Part shown: in pieces, positions 38,816 through 53,565 of the stretch
Layout: every line of letters starts with the position of its first letter
How positions within the stretch are numbered: position 1 is the first letter of the stretch
Assembly (NCBI RefSeq): GCF_009914755.1
Contig: NC_060930.1
Length of the DNA stretch: 64,000 nt
Direction: 5' to 3' (one strand)
DNA from: the human T2T-CHM13v2.0 reference genome, Homo sapiens
The notes under the pieces: model-generated
Seen by the model: the letters and a program-made list of their open reading frames with translations, nothing else
Databases searched by the model: none
Told to the model about the DNA's origin: nothing
Position numbers and translations under genes: made by a program

Positions 38816-40999
38816 GCTTCTTGAGCCACATTTGGTCCACGAGCCATGGTTTGCCAATACATAGGTCACAGAAACTTTATATACATATGAAAAAAAAAAA
38901 CCTAGATCACTTCCTCACTAAATACAGACAAAAACAATTTGAGATGGAGCAGAGACCATGTAATTGCAAAATAATAAAGTTTCTCGAAGAAAACATAGGC
39001 AAATATGTTTGTGATATCTATTAGAAAATGCTTTCTTAAATCGGGCACAAAATAAACTTTTTAAGAATAAATTATCAGACTACATTAAAATAAGAACAAC
39101 TATTTAAAAGACAGTATTATAAGAAAAAGTAAGCCACAGAATGAGAAAAATGTATCTATCTATCTATCTGGAAAGGTATCTGACAAGTCCTCACATATAC
39201 AATAAATAGACATTCTTACAAATATATAGGAAGACCAAGATAACTCAATAAAATAGAACTCTTAAACAGAAACTTCAAGAAAAGGGGAAATCCAAATGGC
39301 CTAAATAGCCATGTGAAAAGATGGTCAATGTTACTAATTATCAAGGAAATGCAAATTAAGACCACAATGAAATATCACTTCATATACACTAGATTAGCTA
39401 AAATTAAAAGGATTGATAATATCCAGCATAGATGAGGATTTGGAGTAAATAGAATCTTATACTACTGATGCATGTGTAAATGGAGCCGCTACTTATGTTC
39501 ATCATGTTTATCACCAGGAGAATGGATAAACTGTGGTATAGTCACACAATGAAAATAAATAGTAATAAGATGAATTAATTGCTTACATATGCCAAACATA
39601 GATGAATCCCAGAAACATTATTTTGAGCTAAAAAAAAGTCAACCTCAATATATTTTGCATTATTCCATTTTTGTAAAGATCAATTATAGGAAAACCTGAT
39701 GGGGAGTGGAGGGTGGATGGACAGGAAGGCAACATGGTAGACCTTCTGGGGTGCTATAAGTGGTTAATAGCTTAATCTAAGTGGAGATTACATGAACATA
39801 AACTTCATAAACACATGAATAAATTTACTAAGTTGTATACTTAAGATTAATACACTTTATCTATGTGACTGTATCATATATCTCAATACAAAAGATGAAA
39901 AGTTAAATCTTTAGAAATTTTCTCCCCTTCATTGCCACCATTTCCTTTATAATTAAATACAAACAAATGTAGGCATTTGGAAGAAACAAACAAAATAAAT
40001 GCTGAAATAGAAGAAATGAGAGTAGGAAGAATAAGATTAATAAACAAAATACATGTCCTGAGGTGTATTTTATTAGCACTAATTTTTACAGTGTCTTACT
40101 CTTTATAATTATGTGGCCTTTCTTGCAAACATATGATTAGCTCTCATTAGCACATAAATGCACATTTGCTTATACAATCTTTATATACCTTTCCCATATT
40201 TACCAAGAATGTAATTATGAAATTTTGGATAGTAATAATCTTCAGCCATCCAAATGAGAATAGGCTCAGTGTTATATATCATATTTGCAAGAATTTACAA
40301 ATATTACTATTCCTAGCCATTTGTTAGGTTGTGACTAATTTTATTTGATATATAGATACAGATATATGAACTGACTAAAAAAATATGAAAATTGACATTT
40401 AGTGTATTTCACTGGTGCTAGAACTCTCACACACATTGACGCTGTTTCCTTCTCAGCTATTCAAAGTCCATTTCATCTTTGAAATGATAAATTGAACTTA
40501 CAATTTTAAACATAGTTTTGAGAGTGCTCCTTTAAAGTATCAGGGTTGATTAAGGAGGCAAACAGCCAAATCTTAAAAAGAAATGCTGATAAAAATTGGC
40601 TATTTCTTAAAGTTGATGTCATGGCAATTTCTGATGCTGAGTCAATCTGCCCCTCTCTTACATTGTAGAAAACAGTGAAAGCTCAATTCGACACCTTATG
40701 TCTTGAGAATATTTTCTTAGTCCCAGGGTAGGGTAAATGGGAGGCGAGTGTGAGAGCTGTTGAGGTGAAGCTGCTAATTTATTGGGCTTTTCTGCTGCAT
40801 TTAGTTGTGGAACTAACTCCCTTCTGTGTGTCCTTTGGCCTTCATGATATTCTCCATGTACTCCATTGATACTTTTGCTCCATCACACACTTATTCGTTC
40901 AAGCTTTTAACCCAGGAGTCATTTTGGACTTACTCCAACCATCCAATCCAACCATTTTTGCATTTTAGAAAGAGGAATTAAAAAAAAAACAAAACTAAT

Positions 41000-41660
41000 T
41001 CCTGTTGATTTTACTTTCTGAAGATTTCTCAAATACTTTATTTTCTCTTATCCAATTGAATTATTACAGGAGTCTACTAGCTAGTCACTGCCTCTTGTCT
41101 GTACCCTCTTAAATCTATCCACTTGATGTCATATAGGATAATGTAATCACAGTATGAATTTGCCCACCTTTCTTTCCTGCTAGAATCAACTCAATGGCAT
41201 GTCATAATTTTTCCCATTATTTTCTCATTATGGATGTTCTTTCCTCCCCTTCCAGCCTCATAACCTACCATTCTGCTTCTGTCTCGTGATCTAACTATAA
41301 CAATTTTATTGCTTAATTTCACTGCTTCATACTATTTCATGCTTTGGTGTTTATGCTTTTACTGTTTTCCTTTACGTCAATCTCCCTTCCTCCTTTTACA
41401 TTGGTGAATTGATTCTCAGGCTTTAATATGCATCTCATGTGACACTTCTTCAACAATGTCTTCGCTGAACCATCCAAGTAAATGAGATGCCCTTTCTCTG
41501 ACCTCAAAAATACTCTGTACTTATTTTCACCTTAGCACTTGCCTTATGTTGGTCATTCTTCATTAGATTATAAACTTCCTGAACATAAGATAATGTATTA
41601 TTTATCTTTCGTCTTCCAGCACCTAGCACAGGCTGTTGTTCACATAGTAGACAACTCTAT
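41000..41660 (+). mobile_element. L2 3' fragment
   Basis: cattagattataaacttcctga...ccagcacctagcacagg...cacatagtagaca. Confidence 0.6.
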
Positions 41661-41955
41661 AACTGCAGCTTGCATGCCATCTTCTGATGTGGCATTTCAA
41701 ACGCTCAGGCCTATGTTACCTTAGTACTCTGGGAAACTCAGAAGAGTCATATCAATTCTGGCTATTGCCATCATTCCTGCATATTAGTGTAGTTGATACA
41801 TAATACAACCATTATTTAAAAATAGGTAAGTTCTTGATAATTATAGTCTATGATAAATCAAAGGCATTTAAAGTTACAAATGAGTTCTCCATGGCTTTTT
41901 TTAAAAAATACCAAAGTATGTTTCTCAACTTTTTTGTTTGTTTGTTTTTCTGCAG

Positions 41956-42090
41956 ATTGCTGCCAATTCCTGGGGAAAGTCATGGGGAGAGAATGGCTAT
42001 TTCAGGATTCTTCGAGGAGTAAATGAGTCCGACATTGAAAAGTTGATTATCGCAGCTTGGGGCCAACTGACGAGTTCTGATGAACCATAA
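41956..42090 (+). CDS. TINAG: TINAG terminal coding exon (probably exon 11)
   Basis: tttttctgcag acceptor; [44 protein letters not shown]; papain-family Asn motif (NSWG..WG..GYF), TAA at 42088-42090. Confidence 0.97.
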   Translation: MAANSWGKSWGENGYFRILRGVNESDIEKLIIAAWGQLTSSDEP

Positions 42091-42310
42091 CATATCATTA
42101 AATTTCCATAAGGTCATGCCTTTAAGTAACCCCCTAAATTGAAGTTTAGCAATATGACATTCTTGGTGACAGTGGAATCTTTGTCTCTTCACCGTGTTAA
42201 CATAATCTATCTATTTTCTTATTTTCCCCTCTGGTCTATGCTTCTGCTTCCTTCATATTACTGAGCATTAACAACACCAATAAAGGACAGCAGAGTCCCT
42301 AAATGTCTTT
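42091..42310 (+). other. TINAG: TINAG 3' UTR (end approximate)
   Basis: between the stop codon and the cleavage site expected downstream of AATAAA 42279-42284. Confidence 0.7.
42279..42284 (+). terminator. Polyadenylation signal AATAAA
   Basis: first canonical hexamer after the stop, with U/GU-rich sequence downstream; variant ATTAAA also at 42097-42102. Confidence 0.75.
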
Positions 42311-43477
42311 AAAGTTCCCAGGTTGCCTTATTTTTCTGTCATGATGGTGTCCCTTTTACCTTTAATTGTTCACAAACAGTGTGATGGCATCTGTTTTCAC
42401 AGTTCTTAGGACTCATTTGTAGAAATAGTGTGGTTTCTCTCTTTGACCAGTGAGGACCTTAGACAACAAAAAGCAAATTAGAAATTCAGCAATTTGCCAT
42501 CTTTATAAATTTCTTTTCATCCAAGTTGAACAGTTCCTTAGTTCAAACCTTGCTTATGTTTTGCTTAAGCAGTGGAAATAGATTATAAGTTGTTTATCTC
42601 AATAACTTAACATTTTGTTTCCTCTCATTTGCCTAAACCTACCTTGTAATCTGTTCACAAAATGAAAAGCAACTATCCACAGGAAACAATTACTCTCTAT
42701 TGTACTCTGCAATGGCCTGAGAGGTGGAGATGTTAAGTAATGGAAAAGCTTGGAGGCTAACAATAGAAGTACAGTTCTGACATACACACAGCCCTATTTT
42801 TGGATGCTAGTATATTTTATGTAAAGTCTATTAAAATCAGCTGCAAAACAGTATTTGGAAAGATAACAAAAGATTTACCACCCCAAAACAGCAACTTGAT
42901 GCCATGATGCAGAAAGAATATGTATACACTTTTATCACAAATATACTTTTATCACAGTTCACTGCTTGAAATTCTAAAAAGTAAGCTAAATTGGCACTCA
43001 TTTGCATGTAATTTTTAGTTCTCTATAGTCAGAAAAACGAAAATAGCATCATAGCAATGGTTGAGAAAGCAGATAATCTCTTAATAACTCACTGGCATCT
43101 TAAATGGAAAACTAATAAATGCAGAAGCAAAGCTGATCAGTAAGTGAACACAATTGATTATAATTACAATGGTGGGCTCTCCAAGGCCTGAATTTCTGGT
43201 CCCTATCATGTTAATTTTGATAATTGGGATTTTTTTCTGTTATTGTGTCCAAAGATGCCCTGATTAGAGAAGCTAGACATGATGAAAATGTGAGGGAACA
43301 GAGCACAGAAAGGTGAAGTGTTGTTGCAATTGTTGACTTCTTCATTAATCAGTGTAGCTTTATCAGAAGCAGCATTTATTTACTTGGTTCTACCCTAGAA
43401 AATATGCATGAGGGTGTCACCTTGTTGGGGTTGGCTGACATTTTCCCAAAGAGTAGAGAAATAATTTGTTTTTTTCT

Positions 43478-43875
43478 CTGTTTGGGGTCCTCTAGAAGCA
43501 GCCCATAAGACAAAGTTTTGAGCACAAACAATTTGTTTCGGCCATGAAGGGAACACTGAGAAGGCAGTGAGGAGTGATATGGGCTAGTGATGGCGGACAG
43601 TAAAGGGTGCGTTGGCCTAGTTCTTATCCCACTGAGGACTCTTGCTACATTCTTCAGATCCATAACACCTGAGGAAAGAAGTTTTCTTTGGTTGAGGACT
43701 GCTCCTGGGGTTCATGGATTCCTTGTTCTTTCTAGTCTGGCAAAAGAGGGGGAAAAACAGATTCCAGTGTCAGAAAAAACTCACAAGCAAAGAAAGGCAG
43801 GTTCTGGTACTTTGATGTCCACTGAAATGGTACAGGTGAGGTAATGTGGGCAGGGCACCAACAGTGTCTGCAGTG
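43478..43875. mobile_element. Old ERVL-type LTR (LTR16-like)
   Basis: ggggtcctctagaagcag...gggcagggcaccaacagtgtctgc resembles the recalled LTR16-class pattern. Confidence 0.4.
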
Positions 43876-44644
43876 GATGTTAAAATACTTTTAAAACGCT
43901 TTTAATGCTGAAGACTGCTGAAGTAATAAATTCTAATGCACCAAAATGCCAGATGACTAACATGCCTATAAAAAACACGGGATTACGTTGATGCACTTTT
44001 ACCTTTGTTATACAAATGGATGATAGATATTGGAATTAATTTTTCACGTTGTGGTTTGTGAGCCTAGGTTCTGCTGTTTCAAAAAGTCCTAACTTTCGAA
44101 TGACACCAAAATCATGAGGAAACTAAATCCAAAGTGAAAGAAAAAGGAAAAAGAAAATACCACGTTAGTGAGACCCATAGGAAAGCACACAGTGTGTTCA
44201 TCTAGCAATTACAGACCTAAAGAAGATATAGAAACTAGTTGGGACAGACGGGTATCAGTGGGATAGGGAAAATATTATTATTGAGGTTTGTTGAATCAGT
44301 GTCTTCCCTTTAATAGTGTTATCATTTTTACAACTTTAAAGAGCTTGTTTAGTTTTACTTATTATTCAAGGGCTCCGAGTCAACTTTCAGAAACTAATGA
44401 TTAGTATATTCCTTGCCCCACCCTAGGGATTGAGTAACTATTTGCAGAATTAATTGACTGATGCCTAGATGGTTTCCTCCCACAAATTGAAGTAGGAAAA
44501 ACTTAGAAAATAAAGGTGTATGGCCTCCTCTATTTCATGACATTTGTATGATCTCATTTTATTCTAAATAACAAATAAGCTTTCCCAGTTTTTTAAAATG
44601 AAATTCAAAAATTCTCTTAAAAATACATAAAATGGAATGAAGTT

Positions 44645-45100
44645 TATTAGTTGGGGTTCAATCATTAAAAAGGAAACCTCTGTGCTTTGAACGAAGGAAT
44701 GTAGTGAAAGAAATTGCTCACCTAGGCAGTGGGGAATCTGGGGGGCAATGGGGGATGGTGAGCCAACCCAGAGCTGAGCAACAGTAGAAAGCTGCCATCA
44801 CCTCTAGACTGAGGGACAAAGCAAAGACAAAGGTGGGAAACTGGGATCTAGGGGCTGATGTTATCCCACCAGTAGCTGTAAGCATGACTGATGGAAGCTG
44901 GAGCCATGAAAAGACATGGTGCTGCCAAATTTGCCAGGTGAGGCAGAGAGGAAGGTGGAGAAACATTGTGGCCTCCCCCTTTCTCATGCCCTCCAAATGT
45001 TCATCAATACTTCTCATTGGCTGACTCAGCTGAAAGACAACTGGTATCAGAGTTTATAAAATTGAGCTGTCAGGGTTAACCCCAACCCTTTACCAGATAC
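44645..45100. mobile_element. Old LTR-like element
   Basis: GC-richer island starting tattagttggggttcaatca, containing ctcattggctga; family uncertain. Confidence 0.35.
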
Positions 45101-45419
45101 ACGGGAGAATAGGGTAAGGGTGAGGGATAAAGTAAAGGGTAAATGTAGAAAATTAATTTTTGACTGATCTCATGTAGATATTGGAAATTAAGATTACAAA
45201 AAAGAATATTCTATCAGGAGTTGCTTTATAAATAATAGTTTATGAACTTGGCCCCTTAGTTAATGCATATGTCTTAAGTACTATAATGCCTGCTATTGCA
45301 CATCTCTTTTTTGGTTAATCTCTCTTGTCTTATAGAAAATATATCAATCTATGCAAGAAAGATATTTTCCCACTTTCTTCACAGTAGTTCATAGAGATCT
45401 GTCTGAAGTTTACTATCAC

Positions 45420-45993
<574 letters not shown>

Positions 45994-46185
45994 ATTGCCT
46001 ATCAAAACAATTATGATAATCTCATCTCAGGACATTTATTTTTCTTTGGGTGGAAGTTGATTTAATTTCAAAGGAAAAAAAGGGAGGGAAAAGGGAGTAT
46101 TATCTCATAAACTACCATTTTATGAAATGTGTCGAGAGAGAAGAGCATTAATATATCAGATATCATTGTATCAGAAAGCAGGCTT

Positions 46186-46255
46186 CTAAAGAACACACAG
46201 ACATTTCTTTCCCAGAGACGCTAAAGAACATACAGACATTTCTTTCCCAGAGGCG
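46186..46255. repeat. 2 x 35-bp tandem duplication
   Basis: ctaaagaaca(c/t)acagacatttctttcccagag(a/g)cg, 33/35 identical. Confidence 0.9.
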
Positions 46256-46579
46256 TCAATGAGAAAGGAAAAAAATATTAGCCCAGCACTGTCCAGAATG
46301 GAAGATTGAATGAAGGGAAAAGGTTTCTCCATTTCTAGCCATGAATACTATTGTGCATTATTTTGATATTATATCTGATAGAAATGTTTAAAAAGTAATT
46401 GATAGGTAAATCCAATAGAGTGAGATTTCTCCACAAAGACGACACCAGTAACAGCCCCATTAGTTAGAAAAAAAAAGGCAAAAACTCTTGCCTCTCTATA
46501 CCACCTCCTCTCTATAACCTCCACCCTCTGGCAAGCAGTTTAGCTCTGTGCTTCCCAAGTTATTCCGTGAAAGACTTGT

Positions 46580-46950
46580 TGATATGATTAGGCTTTGTGT
46601 CCCCAGCCAAATCGCATCTTGAATTTTAATCCCCATAACCCCCAGGTGTCAAGGGTGAGACCAGGTGGAGGTAGCTGAATTATGGGGGTGGTTTCCCCCA
46701 TGCTGTTTTATAGTGAGTTCTCATGAGATCTGATAGTTTTATAGGGGGCTCTCCCCACTTTGCTTGGCACCTCTCCTTCTTGCCATCTTGTGAGGAAGGT
46801 GCCTTGCTTTCCCTTCACCTTCTGCTATGATTGCAAGTTTCCTGAGGCCTCCCAAGCCATATGGAACTGTGAGTCAATTAAACCTCTTTCCTTTATAAAT
46901 TACCCAGTCCCTGGCAGTTCTTTAGAGCAGCATGAAAACAGACTAATACA
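46580..46950 (+). mobile_element. MaLR solo LTR (THE1/MST-like)
   Basis: tgatatgattaggctttgtgtcccc...gtgagtcaattaaacctctttcctttataaattacccagtc...gactaataca; near-TSD cttgt/ctttt. Confidence 0.88.
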
Positions 46951-47799
46951 CTTTTCTTCTGAGATCATAAGGGGAAAAAAGTCTAGTTATATTGAATTTA
47001 AGCTATATATGTTGTATTGTATTCTCTACTTGAAAGATGCACAGTTCACAGGTAGGCTGTTGAGAAATCCAGCAAGTCTAGCACGGCTGGATTTCAGTCC
47101 TCACTCACATCAGCCATGCATCCTTTGTGATGGTCACCATGTTCAATTATACACAATGACTCCAGATATGACCGCAGACTCTTTTCTCCTAAAAATTCCC
47201 ATTACATCACACACTATCCAGTCAATATTATTATATGCCTGCAGGGTGTTAGTTACTGTGCTAGGTATTTGAAATATAACAGGAGACCCCCAAGGCAGAC
47301 AATCTCTGCCCTCTCTTAACTCACAAACTACTCTTTTGTAAAACTCATTTTGGGAGACACTGGCCTAGATACAGTTTTAAATAGGAAGTTATGTAACTAG
47401 CTTTTAGAGAGAAGCTGGAGTACTCTGAATTTTGATATAGCAGTGTGCATTTATGCTTATCTGTAAATCACCTTTGGTGCCACTATCAGAATGTAACCTT
47501 AGGCTGGCTATAACTTAGATCTGAGCCAGTCTGAAATTTCTTGTGACAGTGCACTGGTTTATAAAGTCAAATGCTGTGCCATGTTAATGCCATGAAAGTA
47601 TGTGAGAGAACATTTTCCACTTTGTCCCAGGACTATTTATGTAAATAAGTTACCTCAAGGTTTCAGTCTTTGTTCAACACAGGCTATTGCGAGTAATGAT
47701 CCCTTACTTGCCAGCTTTTGGTAAGCCATAGCAGATAGGTAAGCCAGCTACAGTTCCATGGATAATCATTTCCTTTGGGTCCAACGTCCCTGCCCATTA

Positions 47800-47955
47800 A
47801 ATAAGAGGGCAGGAGAAAATTTTGGAGGTGATGGGTAAGTTTATGGTGATGATTTTAGGAGTATATACTTACCTCTAAACTTACCAAGTTGCATACATTA
47901 TATATGTACAGCTTTTTGTATGTCAATCATACCTCAACAAAGTGGTTTAAAAGGA
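47800..47955 (+). mobile_element. L1M 3'UTR fragment
   Basis: ttttggaggtgatggg...gtacagctttttgtatgtcaatcatacctcaacaaagtgg. Confidence 0.65.
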
Positions 47956-48532
47956 AAATTTACTTTACCTGTAAAAGGTTGTCTTATTATATTAGTGACT
48001 GATTGAGAGAGCCTCATACTGGCCAATATTAAGTATTTCATAGTGTCTTCTGTAGCAATCTTCTAAAATGATTTTATTTTATTGTATATAATGGATATTT
48101 TTAACAAATGCATGCCTAATGAAGCATAATAATAACAGGAACACTTGGTAAATAAAAGATAAAACACTATAGATATAATTTTACCTACCTGGGTACTCTT
48201 CACCTATTCCATTGCTTTACTTCAGTTCCAGAGAGAAACACTATCCAAAATTTTTGTTTATCATTTTAAGTAGATTTATTATATATTTATAATACCTAAA
48301 CAATCTATTGTTTAATTTTACTTGGTTTAGTTCTTCAAAATTGCAGTCGTTCTGCATATAATATTCTTTAACTGTCCAAGATTTACCCTTGTCGTTGCAT
48401 ATAACTATGGTTTATTTGTTATGGTATTCCATGTCAGGGAACATTTAGCTTGTTGCTAGATTTATTTGCTATTATGAACAATGCTGTTATGAACATTCAT
48501 GTATATCTCTTGTAAAATGAATACGTTTCTTG

Positions 48533-48724
48533 AGTGTGGTGGTTCTACAGGTATGGTTCTGGGATCAGAAGCATTGATGCCAACCACCCATGAGCTGTTA
48601 GAAATGCAGATTCATGGTTCTCAACCTGAACTAATAAATAAAAATATCTGAGAAGGGGTACAGAAAACTTTAATAAGCCCTCTGAGTGATTTTGATGCCT
48701 GATAACATTTAACAATCATTACTG
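48533..48724. mobile_element. MER5A-like hAT element within old antisense L1M
   Basis: gagctgttagaaatgcagatt...aataagccctctgagtgattttgatgc. Confidence 0.6.
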
Positions 48725-49174
48725 CATAGCATATATATGTATATATTAATATGTATGGAATATATATGCATATAACAAAATTATTGTGTTAGACCATATC
48801 GAGATGTTGAATCTTGTAAAATAATCACAAATTGCTTACCAATTTATATGGGTACTAGTAATATATTAATTCCCATTAATTCTCATTCTCACTAACAATG
48901 AATATTTTCCAATCTCTCAATGTTTTCCATTCTCTTAGGTGTAAAATGATATTTTATTATGCTTTTAGTGGGGAGAGACAGAATGAGACAGAGAGAGACA
49001 AAGACAAGAAATCAAGCACTATGTTGGAAGATCTTACTGTACATTTTTGTAATCTGTTATTTTTTATTAATAATCCCTATATCAATAATCTTTTATCTTA
49101 TATTTACTTCATATTTAAATCTCCCTAATTGTCCCCAATATATTCTTTATTCTTTAATTTTTAACTATTCCCTT

Positions 49175-49340
49175 TTTTGTTGATATATAATATTTGTACA
49201 TACTTACAGAGTACACGTGATATTTTCTTACATGCATAGAACTTGTAATGATCAAGTCAGGGTATTTAGAGTATCAACTTCCTTGAACATTTATCATTTC
49301 TATGTACGGAGAACATTTCAAGCCCTCTCTTCTAGTTTCT
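49175..49340 (-). mobile_element. L1MA 3' end
   Basis: tgtaatgatcaagtcagggtatttagagtatc...aacatttatcatttct. Confidence 0.7.
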
Positions 49341-49513
49341 TTATCCAAACCCAGATCAAAACCAGAATGGTACATTTCACTGACAGTTATATCACTTTAG
49401 GGCACCTTTTTAAAATGACATTAATTGTTAAGAGACAAGACCAGTCTCTTAACTGGTCTTGGGATCATGGCTAGCGACTTTTTTTCTTCTTCTTTTTAAA
49501 AGTAATTAATGGG

Positions 49514-49826
<313 letters not shown>

Positions 49827-52599
49827 TCAATTTTAGCAAGTGTGTTTTTCTTGAGTCAAATAGATAGTTACGCATGTTTCTTAAAGATTTTCTTTTTTCT
49901 TTATCCTTTCCTTGCCAGATTTTGATAGTAAGATTATTTGAAGGGGCCAGGGGAATTTTATCTCTTGTTTAATTATTTTGGAGAGATTATGTAAGGTCAT
50001 AATAATTTGTTTATTGATAGCATACTCAATAAGCCCATTAAACCACCAAGACATGGTGTTTCCTGCAAGTAAAAATCTTAAATTCCTTATTGAATATCTT
50101 TATATAAATCCCTCTGGCTATCTTTACTTCTTTAGTGAGAAGGCATATATATATACATATGTATATACACACATATATACACAGATATTTACACACATGT
50201 AAATATGTATATTATATATATAAATTTGCCTATTTTATGTAAGTTTTCATTTATTATAATATGTTAAGATCATATATTGTACATAATTATACCATAGTAT
50301 TATTAATATTGTTTTAATCTTGCTGGATCTAAATTTGTTTCTCACTTTTACTTCTAATGTTATTTATTCCTTAATTTGGGAATTCTCCTCCTTTTTCTTA
50401 CTTTCTGAACAAGCTCATCAGAGATTTGTCCATTTATTTTTCTTTTCAATGAAATAAGTTTTAGTTTTATTGATACTCTCTATTGTATATTTGTTTTCAG
50501 TTTAATTAATGACTTATTTTTATCATCTTTCAAATTCCTTAGAATCTATTCTGATAAATTTTTCAAGCTTCATATGTTGGACTCTTGGCTCATTAATCTT
50601 TAGCTTTTCTTATTTTCTAGTCTAGACATTTATGTAGGTTGCTTTCTAAATGATGCCCCTCAGTACAATCATTGCTTCCTTTAACTCTTTATAATTGTTA
50701 TTACTCAATTTTTTAAAAAAGAAAGCACAGTTTCTGAATAGCTAAGCCTGGAGAAAAGTTGTGTCAGTTCTAGTTATATTTGATTTCTTATGTACTTTCT
50801 CAGATCATCTCTGCTCAGTAAGTTTTCAAATACAATGTAGAAATAATTTAATAGTATAATATGCAAACTACTTGATTTGATTACCTAACTACACTGATGT
50901 ACTTTGTGTTGCAAGAAACATATTTTATTTATTTAGGTCTCTGATATCTATTTGAAACTGGAAAATTCACAATAGGCTACTTCGGGGGCTAGTTTACTCA
51001 TAGAAGCGATGTTTTAAATCAGGGGCCACTCGCTGTGTCCAGACTGCTAAGTGGTAGTTCATTAATTTTAGGTAAAAACATTCTTTTTTTCAAGAACTGC
51101 AAGATATAGATTTTTTTTCTTAGCAAACTAGGTTCCCACAGAGACAAAGGAAATAGAGTAGCAAAATGTTACCCAAGATGTAAATGACTTTGCCATTTAA
51201 AATTCTGTTTCAAATTCTGTAACATGTTATATTTCTCTTTAAGGTTTTTTAGTATTTTGATATGTTAATTAACAATTATGTTACTAGTGAAGAGATATTT
51301 GCCTAAAATGTAAGGTTTATTCATATCATTGTAATAATGTGGGTAATTGCCATTTACAATCTTTTTAGCATTTAACCAACTCAGTCTAATTTATGGTTTT
51401 GGTTTGTGATTTAATATGGCATGAGGTGTCTTTCTTAGGATATAAATATTAGTTTAGATTTGAAATAGTTCCACAGATAGACAAGACCCCATTTTTATTG
51501 ATAGAATATTTATATATTGACGTACATACAAACAATGCTTAAAAAGATTATATGTTTAAAATGATTAATGCTTAAGATGATGGCATAGTTGATATAATAA
51601 GAACATTTTTCCTACTTTAACACAGTGGTGAAAGACACTTGTGAAACACAGTAAAACTGGGCTACAATCTTCTTTATGAATATTAAATTATCAGGTACAG
51701 TAGCTTTGAAACCTTATGGAAGTTGCTAAACCTCTATGGCTTTATTTGTTCATACACAGCTACATTATTATATTAATCATACTAACATTTACTGAACTTT
51801 TGCTGTATACTGACCGGTATGTTACAAGCTGTTCATACAGTCTCTCACTTAATTTAGGAGGCATTCATGCAGCTGAATAAAATATAATTTAAATAGTAAA
51901 GGAGTAAATATCTCCTTTACTAACCTAGGAATTTTCTCCTCATCCTAACATGATGGTAAATGCAGTGAAGGCAGAAGGAAGAGAACAAGATGTTTCAAAT
52001 AAGTCTTAGAAGGAGTTCTCTCACTCCCTACAATCACATCCTGCAGGTGGCTTAAGAGCAAGCAGCTCTCCCTCAAAGTCATCCTGTGTGAGGTCAGCGT
52101 CCACATTTTCTGAACCAAACATCAGGATGCCTGGTTGGATATGTACAAATGTACTTAGGGAGATAGGAAATTATTCTAGTTGACATTATGACTTCTCTGG
52201 AAGATCTAGGACCCATGAATACTGTGTCCATAGAGGTCTCTAAATAGACAGAAATCTACTTTTCTCTGGTTTTTAAGTAATTCACTAAGGAATGCCAGTG
52301 GCAGGGAGGTGGGGTGGGGAATGAGGGTTCCCAATTGCCAGACAAAATCTGGAAGTAACTATTTATGATCTTATTTTAGGAGATGGCAATGGGAGTGTCT
52401 GTCTTCCAGGATTCTCAGGCTCACTGCAGTGAGCAGGAGGGACTGAGCTTTAATTTGCTGCCAATGGTTTTAATAATCCAGTATCTTTTATGGTGAGAAC
52501 ACACATGTGCACGTGCATATGTGTGCCCATGCTCACACACAGTCTTTTTTGGAACTTTGGAGGTAGAAGTCTTTTTCATGTGTACATCTGGAATTTTAT

Positions 52600-53565
52600 T
52601 TAAGTTGGAATTTATCAAAGGCCTGCTCTGTGTTAGACTCTCTGCTAGGTACTGGGGATATTTTGGACCAAAAGTCAGATTTCAGCCCTACTCTTACATA
52701 GCTTTTGGTCTGGCATGAGAAAACACATATTAAATAAATAATTATAATAAATTTTGAGGGCTATTATGATGGAAGAAGTTCACAGGACTATACAAAGCTG
52801 TAGCAGGAGGAATTGGTATGGTTCAGAGGGCTGGTGAAGGCCCTTTCAGGAAGAATGCTTAGAATGATACCTGAAAGAAAAGTAAGCCAGAGAAAGCAAG
52901 GCATAGAGAGCAAGTAATAATGTTTTCGGGAGGTCTGGCTGGAGGAGTTATCTGAAAGAAGTCAAATAGAGATTCATTGATAAGTGAGTGAGAGAGAGTG
53001 GCAGGGATGGGGCTAGAAATGTGGGCAACAGGCCGATTGTAGAGGGTTGTATCGACTGTGTTAAGGAGTTTTGCCTTTGTCCTAAAAGAAATGAGAGACT
53101 ACTAAGTGGAGAATAATGCGGTGAAGTAGGGTGTCATGGGGTAGGAGGAGGAAAGGACTAAGATAAGTTTAGAGAAGTGGCAGAGGACAGGTCCATGCTG
53201 ACAATAAAGGCCATGGTGAGGAAGTTGGCTTTTATTCTCAGGCAATGGGAAGCCATTGAATAACTATTATCTTAATGACTGCTGTGTGGAAAATAGGTTG
53301 GAGGGGACTAAAGACAAGGCAAAAACCAGTATGCAAGCTATTTCATTAGTCTAAATAAGAGGTAATGGACTCAGATCAGGGCAGTAACTAAGGAAGGAGT
53401 GATAAAGAAACTAGGAAGAATGGGGGCATAATTAAGAAAGATTTTAGGTTTTTTCCTTGATGAAATAGGCTGATGATGCTGTCATTTATGGAGATGGAGA
53501 AGAATGAGGAAAAGCAGGTAATAAGGATGAAACTAAGAGATCACATTTGGACATGCTAAGCTGAT
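52600..53565 (-). mobile_element. L2 fragments
   Basis: ctctgctaggtactggggata, ggcaatgggaagccattgaa, gctgtcatttatggagatgg, tttggacatgctaag. Confidence 0.65.

Larger units (their letters stand above)
35790..39900 (+). mobile_element. Old L1M, fragmented, hosting younger insertions
   Basis: degraded ORF2 pieces (gatgaaatggataaattt, aggaatgcaaggttggttt, gaaatgcaaattaagaccacaatga) and L1M-type 3'UTR near 39700-39900. Confidence 0.75.

Noticed and set aside
46760-47272. 170-aa ORF
   Set aside because: Begins inside a THE1/MST LTR at a non-ATG codon; no recognisable domain
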